Positions 25,862 through 32,000 of a stretch of 32,000 bases of DNA are shown one piece after another. Both the position numbers and the translations under genes were made by a program. The notes under the pieces were generated by a model, which saw only the letters and a program-made list of their open reading frames with translations, did not search any database and was not told where the DNA came from. Origin of the DNA: an uncultured archaeon (lineage in GTDB: Archaea; Asgardarchaeota; Jordiarchaeia; Jordiarchaeales; Jordiarchaeaceae); the NCBI GenBank assembly GCA_964510585.1, contig CAZECW010000062.1, positions 1 through 32,000 on the forward strand, in the 5' to 3' direction. Positions within the stretch are counted from its first letter, which is position 1; each line of letters starts with the position of its first letter.

Positions 25862-28800
25862 TCATATTTTTTTGGCTCTCGCAGACACGTCTTGTAGTAT
25901 CAGGTTCAGTAGTTTTATCAGCTCCATATTTGTGGTGTATATTCCCAAGGGCTCTGGCGCTGCAACTGCTAGGATCATTTCTTCACTGTCCCGGTTGAAA
26001 GCGTACACGTTTCCCGAATAGTGTTTGATTTGTATGTTTGGCGAGGATATTGGTAGAGCCTTCCCCTCCACATCTGAAACCAATATAACTCTCTGTCTGG
26101 GTATCTGCGACAGTTCACTTAAGGGTACGTCCTCTAGGGAGGGTGTTAGGATTGTTATGGTGCTCTTGGTGTTTCTTATGAAGGTTTTTAGCAGGTTGAG
26201 TATTTGCTCCCTTCCCACCACCCTCTCGGTGTCTTCGAAGGGTTTGGGCTCTATTTCCTCGGCTAGTTTCATTATTCTGGTAATTAGTTTCAGAGTATCC
26301 TGAGTGTTTTTTATGGCTTCATTTATTTTCTCAGGGATTTCTTCCGCGAAGCTGTTTAGGGCAAGGGTCGAGTCCCTCTCGTTTTCTTCAATGTTTATTT
26401 TGGTTAGGGTTATGGTTTTGCTTATTTCTTTTAGGTATTTTGAGGTTGCTTCTTGAAACTGTTGATTCAGAGACTGTTCCATAGTTGAGTAGAATGAGTT
26501 CAGGGCCTCCCCAAGTGAGGTGCAACTATCCTTTACGCTTTCAATGGTTTCATAGGTTTTGGATTTGAGGTCAGAGTGTCTTTTTTCAAATAAAAGACCC
26601 AAGTCTCTTTCAAAATCCAAGAGTTTGGTTTGAAGGCTTGCAAAGGGCTTATCCGTTATTCCAGCAATGCTTTCCAGTTCGGTTTCTGCAGCGTCTCTGC
26701 TCTCCCTACCATGTTTGTCCAGTGTGGACAACAAATCGTACTTCATTTTCTCCACGTAACTAGGCAATTCTTGACCGATGGCTGATATCACCTCCTTCAC
26801 TCCCTTTAGCACCTTATCCTGTTTATCCCTAACCTCGTTCTTGGTCTTGACCAAGTTTTCCTCGAGTTTTTCTTTAAGCTCCATGAGTTGTTTTCTGAGC
26901 ACTTGGAATTCTTGTTCTATGCCGGAGGACACATCCTTCTGCTTTACGCCCACCAGTTTTACAGCCTTCTCAACGTGGCCATTTAGACACTCCTTCAAAT
27001 TGGAGTGAAACTCTTCCAGCCTTTGGCTAGTTGCGTCCATGGACTCCTTTATCTGGGTTTCCAAGCTTTTTTCAAGAGCCTCCCTCTCACCAGATATATC
27101 CTGGATAATCTGGCTTCCAAGGGTAGGAGCCTCGCTGGCTATTTTATCCGCAAATATTTCCAAATCCGCCATCGACTCTGCTGAGAATTTTTGTATTTCT
27201 TCTCTTGAAGCTAAAATTTCGCTAACAGTTTGCCTAGTCTGTGTGAAAATTTTTTGGGCCTCTGTGTTTGTGTTTTCCAGCGTTTTCTGGAGGCCTTCGG
27301 TGGTTTCCTCAAGTGAACTCTTTAAAGTTTCAGAGAGGCTCTCCACGGTGCCTTTAAACTGGCCCACAGTGTTTTCAATCAGTGCGTTGGAATGGGCTCT
27401 TACTGATGTTAATACTTCGCTGAGGTTCTGCGAAGCTTGACTGAGTTGCTGCGTCGCCTCACTAAGCATCTTCTCTCCCTGTTGGCTCATTCTCTGAGAC
27501 AAGTTGGAGCATTGTTTCAGAATGTTTTCCTTTCCCTTTTTAATCGTATCCCCAATGCCTCGCTCCAACTGGCTTCTGAGAAATAACATGTTTTTACTCT
27601 TTTCACTTAAGGTATTGATTGTTTCCTCCGAAAACTTATTCAGCACAGTCTCAGTTTGTTCCTTGAAGCCATGTTGCTCTTCCAATATTTTCTTAATTTC
27701 GTTCTTCACAGATTCATGCATTGCTTGAAAGGTTTCAACTATTTTTCCAATCTTTGATTCCAGGTCGCCCAGTAGTGTTTTTATTTGTTCAGCTTTGTCT
27801 GACACTTCTTCAGTGGCATATTTTTCGGTGCGTTTAACCATTTCATTGCTTTCTGTAACCAGGGATGCATTGAGTTCTTCTAGTTGTTTAGAGAAGGAAT
27901 CTGTGGTCTCGCTCAACTTTGAGTGATGATTGGAAATTAGAGTGTTCAATTTTTCCCGTAGGTCATCCAAATTTGTAGCTTGAGTTAAAATGGAGTTAAG
28001 TCCTTGAAGAGAGTTTAGATTTGTTTCAGTGACCAGCTTGGCGCTGTCTGAGACCAGCATGTAACTGTTTTCCAGCACACTCTCGACTCGGCTAAAAAGG
28101 TTACCCAACTGTTCCTGAACATCTGAAGAAATGGCAGTTGTGGTTTCATAGTTTTCAATCATTGCCTTCTGTAAAACTTCAGAAGTTTCCTCCAATTGCT
28201 CGGTGATCTCAGTTTTTACTGATCCAAACGCTGTTAAACAGCTGTCCCTATAGCTCATCGTATGGCTTGATGTGTCCTTTATGATCTTCTTTATTTCTTG
28301 AAGACAGCTGTCTACTTGTTTGTCAACCTCTAGGAATGATTCACCCAAACTGCTCTCACTTATGTTCTTGAGATTGGTTATCTCGGAGTTCACAACCTTT
28401 TCATAGGTTTCTTTTACTGCTTGATCAACATCCCTCTTAGTTTGAGTGTCTTGGTCGATAAATAGGCGAATTGCTTTTTCAATGCTTTTTCCGAGGGATT
28501 CTCTAATGTAGGTTAGACTCCTGTCAAGCTCATCGAGAATATTTGTAGAAACCATGCTAATGTTCTGATTAACATCATTAACAGAGTCACGCAGCTCACC
28601 TTTTAGACTCATAATTTCCTTTTTACTTGCAGCGATTCTACTTATGAGCTCCTCTGTTTCTTCTTTATCTAGTGAGAACTTTTTCTTGTCGCCCGACTTG
28701 TCTTCGATGTACTGGAGGATGTCAATCATTTTGCTAATTGCAGTGGTGAAGGTCTCTTCAAAACTGGTCATTTTACTCTTTTGAACCGCAACACTATCTG

Positions 28801-31300
28801 TAAAGTTAACTGATAGATTTTTTTTCAGAGACTCAGACTCAGAAGCGAAGCTAGACACAAAGTCCTCCAGTTGTTTCTTGGTTAACTGCGTCCTCCTCTC
28901 CAGATACTCACCAATTTTTCCCACCAGATTCTTGTCCGCTTCGCTTACCCCTTTTAGAATATTCTCTATACCTGCTCTGAATTCTTTAAAGACGCTATCC
29001 TTTCTGTCTTTTAAGCTTTGCTTTAGAGATTTGGTCCTTCCCTCTATTTCTGCCCCTTTTGTTTCCAGCTCACTCTTCACCTTTTGGAGTTCCTCACTTA
29101 GAGATGCTTTTAACAGTTTTTCCTGCTCCCCCAGAAATTCACCAATTTTCTTCAGTTTCTCTTTTATTTTGTCCGAGTCTATGGTCTTTTTTGTAAATAA
29201 AGCCTCTTCCCACTCTTTGACCTTTTTCTCCAAGTCCTCTCTCAACTGTGCGAGACTTTCACTAAGCTCTTTTTGGTTGGTTCCAAGAGTTGATGCAACC
29301 TGCTGAGTCTGCGCATTTACTTTTTCTTCTACGCTCGTCCGAGTTTTGTTAAAGGACTCCATTATGTAGTTAACCTTGTTCTCCAATTCCTCAATTGCTT
29401 GTTTTAGGGTTTCATTGATTTCCACCAAGTAACTGTCCCTAAGGACTGTGATTCGGTCACCGACACTCTTTGCCAGATTCCCGAATCTCTGTAGCATCTG
29501 GTCGCTTTGTTTACTAAATTCTTGAACCAAATTTTTCTGAAGTACACTTAGTGTGCCGCCGAATTCTTGAGCTGCATCTTTGACTAAGTTTTTCACAGCT
29601 TCATTAGTCTGGCTAGTTACAGAGTCGGAAGCCTGTTTTGACCAGTCATCGAAACCAATCAAACTATTTTCCTGAGCATCCAAAACTTTGTTGAAATTGT
29701 CCAAGGAATTTTGCACTGCTTCCTTAAATGTGTCCTGAAGCTTGTTGAGAATGGCGACCTGTTCTTTCACGTAGTTTTCCACTTCGCTCATAACCATTGC
29801 GGAGTAGCCTTCGAGAATATCTGTGGTGGACTTTTCAATTATTGTTCCCTGTTCTTCCACAGTTCTCATAAGAGACTCGTTTAAGTTTTGGGAAGCTTCC
29901 CCCACTAAGTTTATGCTAGTTTGGATTCTCTCCCCCAATTTTATTAGGTTACCGTCCAAAGAGTCAGCCATTTGTTCCCATTGTTTTGAAATCTGGGATA
30001 CTGTCTGCTCAAAAAGGGCTCCTTGCTCACCCACATATTTACTGAGTGTGGATGTGATATCTTGCATCCTCTGCCTTAATGTTTCAAATGATATGGCTAG
30101 TGCGCTGAGGGATTCTGTGGTTTCATCCTTATATTTCTCAACTATGCGTAGGGCTCCTAGTTGGAAATTGTTTATGAATTCTTTTATCTTGGAGGTTACT
30201 CTTTTTGATTCTCCAAGTATTAGCTCTTTGAGCTTTGTGGCTTGAACTTTGACCTTTTCCTCAGCCTCTCCCATGAAGCTGACTAATCTTTTCTGATTCA
30301 AATCAAGGCTTTTTCCAATATACTCTAGAAGTGCCGAGTTAACGTCCCGTACCTTTGATAGTTGAGTTTCAGTTAGGGGCTTCAATTCCTCCACAAATTC
30401 TGAAACTACAGATATGACGGCCTTAGCAATTTTTAGGGTGTTATCCTTTATGGTGTTTAGTGATTGAAGGTTAATCTCTCTAACTCCTTTTAGAGATTGG
30501 TCTAGGGTGTAATCTACGTTTGAGAATAGGGATGTGAGTTCAGAGTTTGTTCTTGCGGATAAATCTACTATCCTCGTTTCTGTAGTTTTCAAAGTATCAT
30601 TTACAGCGGTTTCCAGCTTTTCTTGGAACTCATTTAAGGAGATTCTTGTATGTTCTATGAAATCTTTCAATACGCTCTCAGAGGTATCCTTTAACCGATC
30701 TATGTCGCTTCGAAACATGTCCACTGCTTCTTTAGCCCTATTGACGAGAGTCCTTATTATTTCTCGGGAGTCATTTTCGTGATGTTCAAGCATTTGTGTC
30801 AGGAGTTCTCCAATGCTTTGTGATTGTTGATTGGCTTCGATTTGGAAATTGTCCAGAGAGCCTCTGGTTGAAGCCAGAAGCTGGCCTAGCAGTTGAGAGC
30901 TGCTGTCTTTAACCTCCCTCAAATGACTGGATAAGCGCTCATCGAGCTGAGATTTGAGAGAAGACACGCTCCTATTAAGATGGTCGATGGCGCTTTTGGC
31001 ACGTTCCACCATGTTTTTTTTCAAGTTTTCCAGCTTTAACTGAAGTGTTTCGGCAACCATACCAGTAAGAGCTATGCGGGGTGTTAAAGCAATGTAGAAG
31101 TCGATTTTCCCCGGAATTTTTTTAACAACTCCCATAGACTCCAGTTTTTCAAGCTCCCGCGTAACTTCCGGAATAGTTAGATTCGTATAAACTGCCAATT
31201 CTGAGGCTGTTTTTGCACCCAACCCCACACACGTTGCGTAAACTTTTGCCTGTACGCCGGTTATTCCAACATCCTTCAGAGTGTCTTCCCAAACGGACAT
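25862..31300 (-). CDS. 1812-aa protein: TrmB-type HTH, ~1600-aa helical rod, TrmB effector/PLD-like C-terminal domain
   Basis: N-terminal GITGVQAKVY...TASELA...LEKLESMGVV...FYIALTP; C-terminal VVGREQILNLLKTFIRNTKSTITILTP...AFNRDSEEMILA; middle is L/E/K/S/Q-rich with only 5 Pro between about residues 75 and 1680. Confidence 0.85.
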   Translation of the reverse strand: MSVWEDTLKDVGITGVQAKVYATCVGLGAKTASELAVYTNLTIPEVTRELEKLESMGVVKKIPGKIDFYIALTPRIALTGMVAETLQLKLENLKKNMVERAKSAIDHLNRSVSSLKSQLDERLSSHLREVKDSSSQLLGQLLASTRGSLDNFQIEANQQSQSIGELLTQMLEHHENDSREIIRTLVNRAKEAVDMFRSDIDRLKDTSESVLKDFIEHTRISLNEFQEKLETAVNDTLKTTETRIVDLSARTNSELTSLFSNVDYTLDQSLKGVREINLQSLNTIKDNTLKIAKAVISVVSEFVEELKPLTETQLSKVRDVNSALLEYIGKSLDLNQKRLVSFMGEAEEKVKVQATKLKELILGESKRVTSKIKEFINNFQLGALRIVEKYKDETTESLSALAISFETLRQRMQDITSTLSKYVGEQGALFEQTVSQISKQWEQMADSLDGNLIKLGERIQTSINLVGEASQNLNESLMRTVEEQGTIIEKSTTDILEGYSAMVMSEVENYVKEQVAILNKLQDTFKEAVQNSLDNFNKVLDAQENSLIGFDDWSKQASDSVTSQTNEAVKNLVKDAAQEFGGTLSVLQKNLVQEFSKQSDQMLQRFGNLAKSVGDRITVLRDSYLVEINETLKQAIEELENKVNYIMESFNKTRTSVEEKVNAQTQQVASTLGTNQKELSESLAQLREDLEKKVKEWEEALFTKKTIDSDKIKEKLKKIGEFLGEQEKLLKASLSEELQKVKSELETKGAEIEGRTKSLKQSLKDRKDSVFKEFRAGIENILKGVSEADKNLVGKIGEYLERRTQLTKKQLEDFVSSFASESESLKKNLSVNFTDSVAVQKSKMTSFEETFTTAISKMIDILQYIEDKSGDKKKFSLDKEETEELISRIAASKKEIMSLKGELRDSVNDVNQNISMVSTNILDELDRSLTYIRESLGKSIEKAIRLFIDQDTQTKRDVDQAVKETYEKVVNSEITNLKNISESSLGESFLEVDKQVDSCLQEIKKIIKDTSSHTMSYRDSCLTAFGSVKTEITEQLEETSEVLQKAMIENYETTTAISSDVQEQLGNLFSRVESVLENSYMLVSDSAKLVTETNLNSLQGLNSILTQATNLDDLREKLNTLISNHHSKLSETTDSFSKQLEELNASLVTESNEMVKRTEKYATEEVSDKAEQIKTLLGDLESKIGKIVETFQAMHESVKNEIKKILEEQHGFKEQTETVLNKFSEETINTLSEKSKNMLFLRSQLERGIGDTIKKGKENILKQCSNLSQRMSQQGEKMLSEATQQLSQASQNLSEVLTSVRAHSNALIENTVGQFKGTVESLSETLKSSLEETTEGLQKTLENTNTEAQKIFTQTRQTVSEILASREEIQKFSAESMADLEIFADKIASEAPTLGSQIIQDISGEREALEKSLETQIKESMDATSQRLEEFHSNLKECLNGHVEKAVKLVGVKQKDVSSGIEQEFQVLRKQLMELKEKLEENLVKTKNEVRDKQDKVLKGVKEVISAIGQELPSYVEKMKYDLLSTLDKHGRESRDAAETELESIAGITDKPFASLQTKLLDFERDLGLLFEKRHSDLKSKTYETIESVKDSCTSLGEALNSFYSTMEQSLNQQFQEATSKYLKEISKTITLTKINIEENERDSTLALNSFAEEIPEKINEAIKNTQDTLKLITRIMKLAEEIEPKPFEDTERVVGREQILNLLKTFIRNTKSTITILTPSLEDVPLSELSQIPRQRVILVSDVEGKALPISSPNIQIKHYSGNVYAFNRDSEEMILAVAAPEPLGIYTTNMELIKLLNLILQDVSARAKKI

Positions 31301-31301
31301 T

Positions 31302-32000
31302 TTAAGCTCCCCCTACTTTTGAGATTTCTTTTTCGACGGCCTCTAATTGTTTTTGAGCATCGCTCACAGTCTTCAAAAAGTTTGCGAGGCCCTTTGATAT
31401 TGTCCCTCCACTCTTTTTTACTTCACCCTCAACAGAGGAGAGGCTGGTAATGAGCGTTTTAATGTTTTCCTGTATACTGCTCATCCCCTCCTTCAATTCT
31501 TTAAGCAACTGGTTTCCCTGCTCTGATAATTCACTGCTTGTTTTTTCACCCTGCTCCGAAAGTTTTTTAGAAATACTTGTGTAGGAACCTTCAAGGCTTT
31601 CCTTCACCTTTACCTTAACAGAAGTCAAGTTGGGTTCAGCGTCCTCAGCCACACTTTTTATATGTTCGCTCAGGGAAGATTTTTCCACCTCTGCTGTTTC
31701 CAAAATGCTCGACTTGCTCTCCTCCAGCTCCTTCTTGAGACTATTTATACTATTTGTGACAATGCTTTTTAGGGAGGACTCCAATTTTTCAACAGACTCT
31801 ATGGTTGTTGAGGAGCTCCCATTTATTCCCTCATCCATTTTTTGTTGGAATTCTTTTACCAGATTTTCAATACTTCTTCCCAGATTCTGGTCCAGTTCCT
31901 GTAATTTCTTTATAAAAGCTTCCTGTGCTTCTGCCGTTCTCGTCTTGGTTCCTTCAAGAATTTGGCCAAATTTCCCTTTTGATTCTCCAACGTCTCTAAC
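31302..32000 (-). CDS. Partial helical/coiled-coil protein, 5' end outside window
   Basis: I read the frame from 31838 to 32000 and found no stop codon, so the ORF is open to the window edge; stop codon lies 1 nt before the start of the 1812-aa gene. Confidence 0.8.
   Translation of the reverse strand, partial: VRDVGESKGKFGQILEGTKTRTAEAQEAFIKKLQELDQNLGRSIENLVKEFQQKMDEGINGSSSTTIESVEKLESSLKSIVTNSINSLKKELEESKSSILETAEVEKSSLSEHIKSVAEDAEPNLTSVKVKVKESLEGSYTSISKKLSEQGEKTSSELSEQGNQLLKELKEGMSSIQENIKTLITSLSSVEGEVKKSGGTISKGLANFLKTVSDAQKQLEAVEKEISKVGGA

Noticed and set aside
25862-31300. SMC/Rad50 ATPase, chemoreceptor or phage tape measure protein
   Set aside because: No Walker A/B or signature motif, no transmembrane or MCP hairpin motif, and no phage genes nearby.
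31836-31838. ATG at 31838 as the start of a 178-aa protein
   Set aside because: The frame stays open to position 32000 with the same helical character, so the real start is probably outside the window.

Overview
Archaeal window, most likely from an Asgard archaeon (inferred from a Rag-type GTPase-roadblock gene and a longin-winged-helix gene). It contains a PolX-PHP polymerase, an M24 peptidase and a three-gene + strand unit (membrane protein, Rag-like GTPase, longin-wHTH protein). An indolepyruvate:ferredoxin oxidoreductase operon follows, with its ferredoxin domain on a separate GltD-like flavoprotein. There are two copies of a ~278-bp non-autonomous IS200/IS605-type element with IS608-like end motifs. 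The remaining genes encode a SIRT6/7-like sirtuin, an M20 hydrolase, a dihydropyrimidinase, a DsbA-like protein, a form III-type RuBisCO, a paREP-like coiled-coil protein, two CrtI-like flavoproteins with an FNR/2Fe-2S reductase, a flavodoxin, an MFS transporter, a 1812-aa TrmB-HTH/helical-rod protein and a truncated helical ORF. The most striking signal is the Rag unit: the longin partner has an Ser-Arg-Asn motif in the same register as the catalytic Arg78 of eukaryotic NPRL2 (GATOR1 GAP), suggesting an operon-encoded Rag/GAP module with a possible membrane component. No tRNA, rRNA or CRISPR array was seen. All family calls come from motif recognition by eye and recalled reference sequences; no searches were run.
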